Shown: piece by piece, positions 1 to 10,091 of the stretch | Numbering within the stretch: the stretch's first letter is position 1 | How the letters are laid out: the number at the start of each line of letters is the position of its first letter | Source of the DNA: a virus | Lineage: Duplodnaviria; Caudoviricetes | Strand: one strand, 5' to 3' | DNA: 64,000 nt | IMG/VR virus record: IMGVR_UViG_3300032954_000011 | Coordinates: 1,757-65,756 of that record | Program-made: the position numbers and the translations under genes | The notes under the pieces: generated by a model | Told to the model about the DNA's origin: nothing | What the model saw: the letters and a program-made list of their open reading frames with translations, nothing else | The model's database searches: none

Positions 1-801
1 ACTTCCGGATATGCGCTGGTTCCGCAGAGTTCGAATTGTCTGGCGGCTGGGGGGATTAGCGGCCTGACAACAGGCTATATTCCCAAGGCTTCTGGGCCAG
101 CGACAGTAGTCAACTCGGCAGCCGATGATGGGATCACCAAAGCCAACACATTTACCTATACAGGTTCTGGAGGTATCACGGCGAGCGCGGGGCCGTTGAC
201 ATCCGGGCTTCCTGGGGGCGGTGTAGGCTCAAGCATCTTTCTCCAGCAGGAAGGCACCGCACCGGGAAGTCTATCGGCATCCGGTCAGGATAACTGCTAT
301 GCCGACTCGACGCAGCATGGCCTCCTGTGCAACTTCAACGCGGGCACGACGCTTCCCTTGGTACAGGGACCGGCATCGAGTACCAGCGGTTACATGGCCG
401 TATTTGGGGGAACGAATGGTGGGACAGTAAAGAACGGTGGCTTGATGTCCTGCACCGAAGTCTGGGGCGGTTCGGGAACATCTTTTGCCCTCACCAGTGG
501 TGACGATGCTATCGCGGACAATGCCTGCTACAACGATTCTGGGCTGACGCGGACTATCGTGGCCGTGAAGTGCGCCAGCGACAATGGCAGCAACACGACT
601 ACCGTGAATCCTACGTTCGGCTCTGCGGGAACTGGGACAACGATTCTAAGCGGCGCTCTGACCTGCGGAAACTCGAACGCGATGTCCTCAACTGGAACCG
701 TGAGCAACGCCTCTTGGACAACCGGCGCAGGCATCAACCCTGCCATGAGCGGTACGCTGACCGGCACGCATATCGTGATGATTGTGGAGTACCACTACTA
801 A
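1..801 (+). CDS. Fibre-like Gly/Ser/Thr/Cys-rich virion protein, 5'-truncated
   Basis: Frame open from base 1 (TSGYALVPQ...GLTTGYIPKASGPATVVNS, a fibre-type repeat); stop overlaps the next ATG (TAATG). Confidence 0.6.
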   Translation, partial: TSGYALVPQSSNCLAAGGISGLTTGYIPKASGPATVVNSAADDGITKANTFTYTGSGGITASAGPLTSGLPGGGVGSSIFLQQEGTAPGSLSASGQDNCYADSTQHGLLCNFNAGTTLPLVQGPASSTSGYMAVFGGTNGGTVKNGGLMSCTEVWGGSGTSFALTSGDDAIADNACYNDSGLTRTIVAVKCASDNGSNTTTVNPTFGSAGTGTTILSGALTCGNSNAMSSTGTVSNASWTTGAGINPAMSGTLTGTHIVMIVEYHY

Positions 802-2384
802 TGAAACGCTCACTGCCCATCTATGCGTCCCTGCTGATAATTCTAACTTCGACGTTCTTGTCGGCTTTCTCCTCACAGGAAGTGGTCATTGCGAGGCGCA
901 GGGCGGCAAGTGGTGGAACCGGAACATGGACTGCCGTCCAATATCCCGGCTCCTGCGGAGGCGGCTCGAACTGCACCTGCACAATCACGACAGGAAACAC
1001 CACCTGTGCGATGACGGTTAACTCCACTCCTGCCGCCGGAGACTTGGGAATCGTAATCGGCTACCCGCAAGGAAACTCATCCACAGATGGGGCCACAATT
1101 ACCAGCGTGACGAACCTTGGAGCCACCTTGACCCTCTCGCCAGGTTGTTCGGCGGGCTACAACACCTACCAACCGAACTGCTATTACGCCTTACCCTCAG
1201 CGATGGCAGGGGGTAGTGGAACCACCCTGACCGTGAACATGGGAGGCACAACCTCCAGCGGGAATGACTCCCGTTATTCCTACTGGCAGTTCCATCCAAG
1301 CGCGAACGGGAACAACGCGGCCCTCGATGTGGACACCGGCCTGTACTCCGCGAGCGCCGCGACAAATCCGGGGCCGTCATTCACTCTATCGGGAACGAAC
1401 CCGGTGATTTGCCAGATTTGGCAACCCTACGGTGGTTTCACCGCCATCAGCAGCGTGTCCTCCCCATACAACACGCCGCTCTGGAAGCCGAACAAGATTG
1501 GAGTCTCATGCACACCGACCACCACTGAGCCTGCCACTTGGACGCCGGGAAGTTCCACGGCGGCTATTGCCGGGGCACTGGCGATTTCGTTCAATCCAAC
1601 GGCGATGACCTACGATGGAGGATTCAACGGATTCGAGGCCGGAACTCCCGGCAGCAACGTAGCCTCTGCTGACCTCGGCTCATCCCAACTGGCGACAAAC
1701 GGTGGCGGGGGCTACAACGGCTGCATCTGGACAACGAGCATCACCGCAATGACCGTATTTGACTACGACGCTTCGTCCTCGATGCCTCTGCTTAATTCGG
1801 TTGCGCGGCTATCGGATGGTTCATCTGTATCTTCTGGCGCTGGCTCGCAGGGGATTACATACGTTGGGCTTGGTTCCGGTACGCAGCTTGACGAAGCCAT
1901 CTGCCAGATGAAGAACACGCCTCTGGGAACCGTTACAGCGGAAATCAAGTGGAACACGGACCAAGTATTCGGAACGGATTGCAGTGGGACTGGCTGCAAC
2001 AACGATTGCTTCACGATTCACGGATACACCGACTTTGCCGCCGTGAACTGCTACGGGACAACTGGAGGGTTATATTTCAATCTGGAAACAGCGGAAGGTA
2101 ACGGGGCATCGCACGTTGCCTATACAACCAGCCAATGTCCCTGCACGCTCCAACTGACCTACCAGATAGGAAACGGGACCACGGCTGGAACACATTCCAT
2201 GACCATCCTCGACAGCAGCGGAAACCAAATCGGCTCGACGCAGAGCCACGCCGGGGCGGTAAACACCGACAACGTACAGGCCATTTATATCGGCAAGAAC
2301 AACACTTCAACCATCACCACCGGACGGAACTACCGCGAGGACAGCCTGTTGTTCTGCTTCGGATGCTCGTCGCTACTTCCATGA
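801..2384 (+). CDS. Signal-peptide-bearing Cys-rich beta protein (putative adhesin/lectin-like)
   Basis: ATG at 801 coupled to the upstream stop; N-terminus MKRSLPIYASLLIILTSTFLSAFS; many paired Cys. Confidence 0.65.
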   Translation: MKRSLPIYASLLIILTSTFLSAFSSQEVVIARRRAASGGTGTWTAVQYPGSCGGGSNCTCTITTGNTTCAMTVNSTPAAGDLGIVIGYPQGNSSTDGATITSVTNLGATLTLSPGCSAGYNTYQPNCYYALPSAMAGGSGTTLTVNMGGTTSSGNDSRYSYWQFHPSANGNNAALDVDTGLYSASAATNPGPSFTLSGTNPVICQIWQPYGGFTAISSVSSPYNTPLWKPNKIGVSCTPTTTEPATWTPGSSTAAIAGALAISFNPTAMTYDGGFNGFEAGTPGSNVASADLGSSQLATNGGGGYNGCIWTTSITAMTVFDYDASSSMPLLNSVARLSDGSSVSSGAGSQGITYVGLGSGTQLDEAICQMKNTPLGTVTAEIKWNTDQVFGTDCSGTGCNNDCFTIHGYTDFAAVNCYGTTGGLYFNLETAEGNGASHVAYTTSQCPCTLQLTYQIGNGTTAGTHSMTILDSSGNQIGSTQSHAGAVNTDNVQAIYIGKNNTSTITTGRNYREDSLLFCFGCSSLLP

Positions 2385-4390
2385 GACGCCTCTTTATCCT
2401 CGCGGTGCTGCTGTTCTGTCCTGCGCTCCGCGCCACAACCTGCACCGCGACGACTACCAGTGCGGCGGACGTTCAAACGGCACTGACGGCCTGCGCGGGA
2501 GGCGGGACCGTCGTCATTCCGGCATCGAGTGGCGTAACCGACTGGGGCAGCACACAAGTGACCCTCACAATGACTGGAGCGGTTACCATCCAAGGCGCGT
2601 CGTCCTGCTCCGCCGGATGCTCACCCGGCTCGGGCGGCGTAGGTCTAGCCTTCAACGACAACTCAGGAACCTGCTCGGGTGCGGGAACGTGCATCAAGCT
2701 GTCGTATTCGAGCGGCGGGGAACCGTTTCAGATTACGGGGTGCTCGGCCACGAACTTCCTGACACTTTCCAACATCACGTTCATCGTCAATTCGGCCAAC
2801 ACCAGCGGGTCGCTCAACATCAACTGCGGTAACGCCACCTACAACCAAGTCGGCATCCGCCTGCACCATATCCACTTTCTCAGCAGCGTCGGCTCCTGCG
2901 TGCCGATGAAGATTACTTCGATCTGGGGGCTGATTGACCACTATCTCTACGACGACACGGTAGGCTCGACCAACTCCTGCGCGGCCTTCTCGGTTGAAGG
3001 GGACCACGCCAGCGTAGGAGCAAAGAACTGGGCGCTGGCGTCGAATCCCGTAGGTACGAACAACTGCATCATCGTTGAGGATTTCGCCTTCAACTACACG
3101 AACCCCTCGACGGAAGGCACTTGGGACGCCTACTCAGGAGCCTGTGTAACCGAGCGGTACGGAATCGTCACTGGCAACCAGATTGGCGGAGGACACGGCA
3201 CCGATTCCGGCTACCTGCGTTCAGTCCTTAGTGCCGAGGTCTACAACCTGACCATCAACAGTTGCCCGAAGCTCGGCGGCAGCAACGAAGCGATGATGAA
3301 TACCCGTGGAGGCGTGCTGCTGTTCTACAACAACACCTTCACGTCGAATCTCTGTACCGCCATCCTGCTTCAATATCTCCGGGCCTCCGGGCAGGCATCT
3401 TCACAATCCTGGGGAACGTGGAGCCAGTACATCAACTGGACGCCTGCCTCCACGACCAGCACGAACTCCCTGTCCGATGTGGTGACGGTCAGTGCCGCCG
3501 ACTGGCAGGCATCGCACTCCTATACCTGCTCGGCTTCTTCGCCCTGCATCATCGGCCCTGGCGCGGCTCCGGTTGCGACAGGCTCGGTCAGCGGTTCAAC
3601 CGCGACCTTCACAGGAACCTTTGCAGCCGCGTGGGGTTCACGGACAACCTTCCACGTCCTTGGGTGCAGCGGGTCGAGCTACAACTACAACTCCGGCTCT
3701 GGAACTCCAGTATTCACGGTGAGCACCGCGAACGCTACGACCATTACCGCGACCTTCACCGGCTCGCCCAGCGGGTCCGTCTCAAGCTGCACCCTTACCG
3801 AAACCGGGAACCTCGGGATAGGCTCAAACATCCCCAATTCGGGCGGGTTCAACTATATGTCCACCTCGAACTGCACGAGCAACGGAACGGAGCCAGCATC
3901 GTGGGGACAGACGTTCTATCCACCGAGCACTGTCAGCGACAATACCTGCACATGGACGAACATCGGGGGAGGCGCGTCACCGGCTCCCGGCTCTCCGGGT
4001 ACGAACGCGGGCTTCAAGTCAGGCGCTCCTGATACCTCCTGCTCTACCGGCGTGGATTGCACCTACTACGTGGACGGAGCAGGGACGCATGGAGGGACAT
4101 TCGCCGGGGGTTACCCTCCACGGGACTGCTCGGGCTGCACGGGTGGGCAGGTAGTGTACGGAAGCTACGCCTGGAACAATTCAGGCTCTGGGCTGCCGAA
4201 TCCCATGATTGTGGCTGACTCAAACCTTCCTGCGGGACTGATCACGCTCAATACCGACTTCTTCCTGACCGGACCCCCGGCGGGCTATACACCCTACACC
4301 TACCCTGACCCACTGCAAGGGGCACCGGCACCAGGCACGACCATCCAAGGCGTGACGGGAACCGGCGTGACGATTCACTTGCTACGGTAG
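2381..4390 (+). CDS. Signal-peptide-bearing beta-helix-like protein with a carbohydrate-binding-like segment (putative depolymerase/adhesin)
   Basis: ATGA overlap at 2381; MRRLFILAVLLFCPALRA; Asn-rich beta repeats; WQASHSY...TVSDNTCTW; C-terminal YTPYTYPDPL. Confidence 0.6.
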   Translation: MRRLFILAVLLFCPALRATTCTATTTSAADVQTALTACAGGGTVVIPASSGVTDWGSTQVTLTMTGAVTIQGASSCSAGCSPGSGGVGLAFNDNSGTCSGAGTCIKLSYSSGGEPFQITGCSATNFLTLSNITFIVNSANTSGSLNINCGNATYNQVGIRLHHIHFLSSVGSCVPMKITSIWGLIDHYLYDDTVGSTNSCAAFSVEGDHASVGAKNWALASNPVGTNNCIIVEDFAFNYTNPSTEGTWDAYSGACVTERYGIVTGNQIGGGHGTDSGYLRSVLSAEVYNLTINSCPKLGGSNEAMMNTRGGVLLFYNNTFTSNLCTAILLQYLRASGQASSQSWGTWSQYINWTPASTTSTNSLSDVVTVSAADWQASHSYTCSASSPCIIGPGAAPVATGSVSGSTATFTGTFAAAWGSRTTFHVLGCSGSSYNYNSGSGTPVFTVSTANATTITATFTGSPSGSVSSCTLTETGNLGIGSNIPNSGGFNYMSTSNCTSNGTEPASWGQTFYPPSTVSDNTCTWTNIGGGASPAPGSPGTNAGFKSGAPDTSCSTGVDCTYYVDGAGTHGGTFAGGYPPRDCSGCTGGQVVYGSYAWNNSGSGLPNPMIVADSNLPAGLITLNTDFFLTGPPAGYTPYTYPDPLQGAPAPGTTIQGVTGTGVTIHLLR

Positions 4391-4448
4391 GCATGTGCTG
4401 ATAGATTAACGCTTACGCTGCTGCAGCCTCAAAATGGAGCTCTTCTAA

Positions 4449-6536
4449 ATGGCTGAACTTCCTACGGGCGGGACCACCACACGGCCGAACGACTCCGGAA
4501 TCTACGGGCAGAACGAAACCGAGATTCTTCAGAGCGTCTCTAACGTGCTGATGCGTATGCGGTATTTTAGGCGGCAGCTCGACCCCCGGCGCTCACTTTT
4601 CTATCGCCAATACGTTGGGCAGCGCGACCCGCGGTCGTTCCCCGACAACGTCACCCCGCGCTCCAACACCTTTATTCCGTACGCATTCTCGAACGTCGAG
4701 ACCATTGTCAGCCGCGTACTAGATGCCTACTTCTCGGTTGAGGACTTTTTCGAAACCCGCGGCCGCGCTGGCCGTGACGAACCCAACGCCGAAAAAATGC
4801 AGCTCGTTATGAGCTACATGCTGCACAAGGCGAAGTTCAAGCTGCGCTTCGAGGAATTGATTCGCAACATCGTAATCTACGGCCACGCCGGTATCAAGGT
4901 CGATTGGGACTGGGAATACGATACCATTGTGTATCCGAAGCCTGAATTCAACTATGTCCCACAAATGGACCCCATGACGGGCCAGCCCGCCATCGACCAA
5001 AATGGCCAGCCGGTTATGGGCCCTGAGCTCGACCCGGTTAGCGGCAACCCGAAGATTATTCGCACCGTTCCCACCCCCATGCGCATCCCGCGCATGTGCC
5101 CGAAGTTTATCCCGATAGATATCTTCGACCTAATGGTGGACCCCGACGGCCGCACAGTCTGTCACCTGTGCGACAAAACCTGGGCCGAGATGAAGCGCGA
5201 GTATGAACAGAACAACAATGCCTACCGTGCCGAGGGTATGAAAGAACTCGCCGACCGCCTTTCCATGGAGCCCAACTCCGACGCGATTATCATTCGCCTG
5301 GCGGAACTCTGGGACGTTACCAACAACACCTGGACTATCACCACGTTTGGCGAAGACGCCCGCGACTCCATTACCTGGAAAGACCTCCGCTACGGCTTCC
5401 GCGCCATGAACTACTCCACCTACCAACGCAAAGCCTACGGCGGCCCGAACATTCTACTGTTCCACGACAAAAACCCCTACCTCCACCAGCGCAACCCGAT
5501 TCTCCACACCTCGTTCATCAAGCTCCCGAACGAAATCTACGGTATGGGGGCCATCGAAATCATCAGCGACCTAAACGAATCCATGAACCGGTTCGTCAAC
5601 ATGATTGTCGACAACTGGAACGTCAACATCAACAAGCGCTTCGCCTACGACGTAAACATGGATATTGACCACCGGGCCTTAAACAACTTCAACGTTCCCG
5701 GCGGCAAGGTGGGCGTGAGCGGCGACCCCTCGAAGGCGATTTTCCCCCTACCCCAGTTCACCCCCGCCCAAGGCGACTACCTGCTGCTCGACATCTACAA
5801 GGGCATGATTGAAATGACCTCGGGCGTGTCGGACTTCTACGGCAAGGGCATCGGCACGCCGCAAGGCAATCGCACCGCCACCGGCATCGCCCAGGTGGTT
5901 GGCGAATCGAACTACCGCTTCAAAATGTTCATTCGCAACCTCGAAGAAGACATTTTGGTGCCACTGCTAGAGATGTGCGCGGTGCTCGTTCAGCAGTACG
6001 TCACCGACGTGATGGAGCTTTCGCTCACCGCGAACCCGCCCACGATCCCCAAGTACCCTCTGGTCAACCCCGAAGAACTCATCGGCAACTACCACTTCGA
6101 CATCGTGGCGGCCAACTACGCCACCAACAAAATGTTGAAGCAGCGCAACATGATGGCGCTCGCAAACATTCTAGAGGCCAACCCCTATATCAATCCTCTA
6201 GAGGCCACCAAGGAACTTTTGCTCGCCTTCGATCTGCGTGACCCGCGGCTGCTCAAAACCGAGCAACAGGTCCAAATGGAACAGCAGCAAGCCATGGCCC
6301 AGCAAATCGACATGATGATTCTGGAAACCATGCTTAACGCCGAGTCTAAGGCGCGCATCTCCCAAAGCAAGCCTATGAACTACAAAGACGAACGTGGACG
6401 TCCTCGTCAGGTTCAGCATGAGGGGAAAATCCCCGGTGCCGGCCTCACGGGCATGATTCGTCACTTCGCTCAGGCCCACGGCTCGACCGCACTCGGGCTC
6501 GAAGGCCTGGGCGGCAACGAGCCAGTGGAGGGCTAA
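4449..6536 (+). CDS. Portal protein (podovirus/P22-like)
   Basis: 695 aa; YGHAGIKVDW, IYGMG, RTATGI motifs; Gln-rich C-terminus; lies before scaffold and capsid. Confidence 0.85.
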   Translation: MAELPTGGTTTRPNDSGIYGQNETEILQSVSNVLMRMRYFRRQLDPRRSLFYRQYVGQRDPRSFPDNVTPRSNTFIPYAFSNVETIVSRVLDAYFSVEDFFETRGRAGRDEPNAEKMQLVMSYMLHKAKFKLRFEELIRNIVIYGHAGIKVDWDWEYDTIVYPKPEFNYVPQMDPMTGQPAIDQNGQPVMGPELDPVSGNPKIIRTVPTPMRIPRMCPKFIPIDIFDLMVDPDGRTVCHLCDKTWAEMKREYEQNNNAYRAEGMKELADRLSMEPNSDAIIIRLAELWDVTNNTWTITTFGEDARDSITWKDLRYGFRAMNYSTYQRKAYGGPNILLFHDKNPYLHQRNPILHTSFIKLPNEIYGMGAIEIISDLNESMNRFVNMIVDNWNVNINKRFAYDVNMDIDHRALNNFNVPGGKVGVSGDPSKAIFPLPQFTPAQGDYLLLDIYKGMIEMTSGVSDFYGKGIGTPQGNRTATGIAQVVGESNYRFKMFIRNLEEDILVPLLEMCAVLVQQYVTDVMELSLTANPPTIPKYPLVNPEELIGNYHFDIVAANYATNKMLKQRNMMALANILEANPYINPLEATKELLLAFDLRDPRLLKTEQQVQMEQQQAMAQQIDMMILETMLNAESKARISQSKPMNYKDERGRPRQVQHEGKIPGAGLTGMIRHFAQAHGSTALGLEGLGGNEPVEG

Positions 6537-6907
6537 TGTTTGGACGCAAAGTTGAACCCATAGTCGTGACTAAAGTTCTGGAGGTGGAGCGCCCCGCCGC
6601 CCTCCCCGATATCGACCACGAAACTCTCGCAACCCTTCAGCACCACCCCGGGATGCTCTATCTGCTGGCCAAACTTCGCCTCCAGAAGGCCTATCTCGAC
6701 AACAAGCTTCGCTACGAATGCCAACCCGACCTTCGCTCCTACGATATGTTGCAGGCCGGAATCTTCTGGGCTTCGTGGCTAGAACGTCAGCTCGAACAGG
6801 AACTCACCCTGAAAAAGGCTCCCCCGCGACTGGCGGACCCCTCCGAGCTTGATACTTTCTCGCAAGTTTCCGACCAGCTAACCCTGGTCGGCCGCACTGA
6901 GGGCTAA
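6536..6907 (+). CDS. Hypothetical head-module protein
   Basis: Translationally coupled to portal. Confidence 0.6.
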   Translation: MFGRKVEPIVVTKVLEVERPAALPDIDHETLATLQHHPGMLYLLAKLRLQKAYLDNKLRYECQPDLRSYDMLQAGIFWASWLERQLEQELTLKKAPPRLADPSELDTFSQVSDQLTLVGRTEG

Positions 6908-6945
6908 CTCTCTCAGCGCACTAAATCCCCCACTAGGAGATTCAA

Positions 6946-7860
6946 GTGCCCAATCCTCAAGCGCCCAATCCCGGAACCATGTCAGTTGACAACTCTGGGG
7001 CCCCAGGCGCCGATTTAGACTTTGATTCGTTGTTTCCCCCGGAAGGCACCGAGGGAGCGGCACCACTAGCGCCGCCCGCAGCCGCGGCTACTCCCGCGCC
7101 TGCTGCCCCCCAGCAAGACCAATTCTTTTTGGACGTGAGCGATAAGACTAAATATCGCACACGCGAAGACGCCGCACGCGGCATCGCCGAAAAGGACTCG
7201 GTCATCGAGAAACTCCGCAAAGAGATAATCGATGCAAAAGGCGTTGACCCCCTAACCGGTCAACCGGTTCAGCGGCCCGTTCCACTAGAACAGGTAAGCT
7301 ACACTCAAGACCCGAAGCGCTTTGTCTCGGACTTGAATGCGGCTATTCAAAAAGCTGACCCCTCTGCCTTTTATCAGACCTTCGAGAAGCTCATCAACGA
7401 GAAACTTTCCCCCTATGGGCCAGCCCTCGCCACCGTGTCGCGTTCTGCGGCCGTGGAAATGGTCGGCAACGAGGTAAAGTCTATCCGCGACTTCATCAGC
7501 TCTGAAGATTATCGCTCTACGCTTGCGGCGGTTCCCGGTCTTAAGCGCGCCATCGAAACAGCCGAACTTGACCCCAGGTATTCTGGAGACCTTCCGGAAA
7601 TGTATCGGCTGGCATTCTATGCCGCTCAGGGCCGCAAAGCACTGACAGGGAACGGAGCAACCCCTCAATCAGTTCCTTCTAATCCGGCTCCTCAGACTCC
7701 CGTACGACAGCCCTTGAATGCGGGTTCACTCCCCGCGCCCACCGGCGTTCCTGTACCGACCAGCACCGAAACGATTCTCAACGACCGTGCTTCTCGCCAG
7801 GAATACCTCAAGCGCATGCAAGGGGACCCCTCGAACCCAATCTTCAAGCAAACTTTCTAA
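6946..7860 (+). CDS. Capsid scaffolding protein
   Basis: AGGAG RBS; acidic/Pro-rich termini, helical core; immediately before the major capsid gene. Confidence 0.7.
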   Translation: MPNPQAPNPGTMSVDNSGAPGADLDFDSLFPPEGTEGAAPLAPPAAAATPAPAAPQQDQFFLDVSDKTKYRTREDAARGIAEKDSVIEKLRKEIIDAKGVDPLTGQPVQRPVPLEQVSYTQDPKRFVSDLNAAIQKADPSAFYQTFEKLINEKLSPYGPALATVSRSAAVEMVGNEVKSIRDFISSEDYRSTLAAVPGLKRAIETAELDPRYSGDLPEMYRLAFYAAQGRKALTGNGATPQSVPSNPAPQTPVRQPLNAGSLPAPTGVPVPTSTETILNDRASRQEYLKRMQGDPSNPIFKQTF

Positions 7861-7897
7861 GGGAGCTGGTGGCGGTCAACCCGCCGAGGAAATCTAA

Positions 7898-8908
7898 ATG
7901 CTTCCGAAATATCTTCGGATGGCACTGGCCTTGCTGGGCCTGGGCGCTGACGTTGTGACAGTCGCCGCGGGCACCGCGGGCGTTGCTGGCAGCACGACTG
8001 CGGAACTCATCACCTATATGTCCGCGCGTCTGCTCGAAGTGGCCGAACTCAACACGATTCTCGACCAGTTCGGTGACAAGCACCCGCTCCCCAGCAATGC
8101 GTCCCGTACCATCCGCTTTAACCGCCTTGAGAAGTTCGCCGTCTCGGCTACCCCGTCTCAGTTGGTTGAGGGTATCCCGCCGGACGCCAACGGCCTCACC
8201 ATCAACCAGATTGAAGCCTCGATTGAGCAGTACGGCTTCATCGTTCGTCTGTCGGACTTGGCTGAGCTTACCGCCCGCCACCCGATTATCGAGCGCACGA
8301 TTTACGTGCTGGGGTTGCAGGCTGCCGAAACCTACGACCAGCTTATCTTCAACGTGTTGAATGCGGCCACGAACGTCTATCGCCCCAACGGCCGCGTCGC
8401 CAATACCGGGCTGGTTGCCACCGACCTTGTCGGCTACAACGATTTGATTGAGCTGCAGGCCGCTTTGCTGGACCAGGGCGCTCGCCCGTACGAGTCTGGC
8501 GCTTTCGTGTTTGTTGCGCCCCCGCAGGTTTATGCGGGTATGCTGAAGGACCCGGATTTCAAGGCCAGCAACCAGTTTGCTGCGCCCCAGAAAATCTGGA
8601 ATGGCGAAGTCGCTTCGCTGGGTTCTTTCCGCGTGGTGCAGTCGAACGCGCCGGGATTTGCGCCGGCCACGCAAAGCACCTCGGGTGCGACGAACAAAAT
8701 TTACAGTTCGTTCGCCCTGGGACGCTATGCGTACCAAATCACCGACTTCCAGAACCTGCGACTCTACGTCGTAGCTCCTGGCGGTCAGGTTGACCCCCTG
8801 CAGCAATCCCGCAAAATCGGCTGGAAGTTCGCCTTCAAGTCGGTTATCACCAACCAGGCCTGGTTGAGACTTGTGCTCAGCTCTGGTCTTAATGCCGTAA
8901 ATAACTAA
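7898..8908 (+). CDS. Major capsid protein (N4-gp56-like family)
   Basis: TIRFNR, IEQYG, GEVASLGSFRVVQS, GGQVDPLQQSRKIGWK motifs. Confidence 0.9.
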   Translation: MLPKYLRMALALLGLGADVVTVAAGTAGVAGSTTAELITYMSARLLEVAELNTILDQFGDKHPLPSNASRTIRFNRLEKFAVSATPSQLVEGIPPDANGLTINQIEASIEQYGFIVRLSDLAELTARHPIIERTIYVLGLQAAETYDQLIFNVLNAATNVYRPNGRVANTGLVATDLVGYNDLIELQAALLDQGARPYESGAFVFVAPPQVYAGMLKDPDFKASNQFAAPQKIWNGEVASLGSFRVVQSNAPGFAPATQSTSGATNKIYSSFALGRYAYQITDFQNLRLYVVAPGGQVDPLQQSRKIGWKFAFKSVITNQAWLRLVLSSGLNAVNN

Positions 8909-8927
8909 CGTAGAATCAACAACTTAC

Positions 8928-8955
8928 GGGGGTCTGACTAAGTCTCGGGCCCCCC
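8928..8955 (+). terminator. GC-rich hairpin after the capsid gene (terminator or stabiliser)
   Basis: GGGGGTCTGA...TCGGGCCCCC; no U-tract. Confidence 0.35.
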
Positions 8956-8967
8956 AAGAAGGTTAAA

Positions 8968-9210
8968 ATGAAAGCCAACCCACTAGGCCACCTCGACATG
9001 GAAGTGATCCATAACGGTGTTATGGAGACTCCCGGCAAAACGGGTGGAAACCGATTTATGCGCCAGGCGCACCAAATCGGCCACACCGTCAACGAGGGTG
9101 GTCACGACCGTATGGCTTCCCAGCCGCCCACCTCGCGGCATCCGCTTGAGATGTCGCGTCAGCACGTCGGCAGCGGCGCCGTCGACCACGGCGACAATCA
9201 GGGAAGCTAG
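8968..9210 (+). CDS. Small His/Gly-rich hypothetical protein
   Basis: AAGG RBS; ORF fills the gap after the capsid gene. Confidence 0.5.
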   Translation: MKANPLGHLDMEVIHNGVMETPGKTGGNRFMRQAHQIGHTVNEGGHDRMASQPPTSRHPLEMSRQHVGSGAVDHGDNQGS

Positions 9211-9262
9211 TTTCGACGGCGAGCGGCGCAAGTCGCTCGCCGCAAATTTCTAGGAGAGCAGA

Positions 9263-9598
9263 ATGGCAACGAAGGAAACTGAAGTTCAGGAAGTAAAGGC
9301 CCCCAGCACCCCCTTAGTCGACCCGAACGCCCGGCAACTCGTACAGATGCCCACCGAAGATGTCTACGGCTACGAGGCGCCGACCTTTCGAATTAACGCG
9401 TTCGAATTCAAGCCCGGCCACACGTATTCGCTACGCGCCGAACTCGCCGGGGAGCTGCGCAACCGCATCTCCATCTGGGAGACCCAGCGCAAAAAGCTCG
9501 TCATGGCCCAGAGCGACAAAAAGGCCCAGGCTGCAGTTATGCAGTACGGTGCTGCGGCTGCGTCGGGCACGGCAGGCGAAGTTGAAGTTGTCGGCTAA
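9263..9598 (+). CDS. Hypothetical protein
   Basis: AGGAG RBS. Confidence 0.65.
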   Translation: MATKETEVQEVKAPSTPLVDPNARQLVQMPTEDVYGYEAPTFRINAFEFKPGHTYSLRAELAGELRNRISIWETQRKKLVMAQSDKKAQAAVMQYGAAAASGTAGEVEVVG

Positions 9599-10091
9599 CT
9601 TCGACCCCGAAGTCTATCAGCAGGATGGGGCGTTTCCTGCCGAATGTCTCCCGGTGGTTGAGAAGTTGGATGCGCTGCTCCGAAAGTGTGCGTGGCCAGT
9701 AAATGTGACTTCGGGTTATCGACCGCCCGCGGCCAATGCTGCCGCCCACGGCGTCACCCACAGTCAGCATATTTATTCGGCTTCTGCGGCCGCCGCCGAC
9801 TTCCAACCCGAAGGCGACGTCAGCGAATTGCGCATGCGCCCGCTGTTTGATGCGCTCGCCCAAAGCCAGCTCGACTTCGACCAGATTGGCCTCGAATGGA
9901 ATCCAACGACCAAGCGCTACATAATCCATATCTCGGCGGTCATTGGGACCGGGCGCCACTCGGCCTTTCAGGGCCCGGAGGGCGGCCCCTACCACCCAGT
10001 GACAACGTTCCCAAGCCAGTCGTTTACTTCGTCCGCCACGGCGACACCGCCTGGAACGACGAACGCGAACGCCGGCTCCGCGGGCACGTAG
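9588..10091 (+). CDS. Peptidase M15-family endolysin
   Basis: VTSGYR...HSQH...AADF...IIHIS zinc-peptidase motifs; TTG start approximate. Confidence 0.8.
   Translation: MSANFDPEVYQQDGAFPAECLPVVEKLDALLRKCAWPVNVTSGYRPPAANAAAHGVTHSQHIYSASAAAADFQPEGDVSELRMRPLFDALAQSQLDFDQIGLEWNPTTKRYIIHISAVIGTGRHSAFQGPEGGPYHPVTTFPSQSFTSSATATPPGTTNANAGSAGT

Noticed and set aside
570-800. Track start sites at 570, 2135 and 12008
   Set aside because: They overlap upstream genes; coupled or RBS-supported ATGs at 801, 2381 and 12116 are better
7844-8806. Long antisense ORFs (e.g. opposite the capsid gene, also 15578-16693 and 49531-50352)
   Set aside because: Shadows of GC-rich real genes, without RBS or motifs
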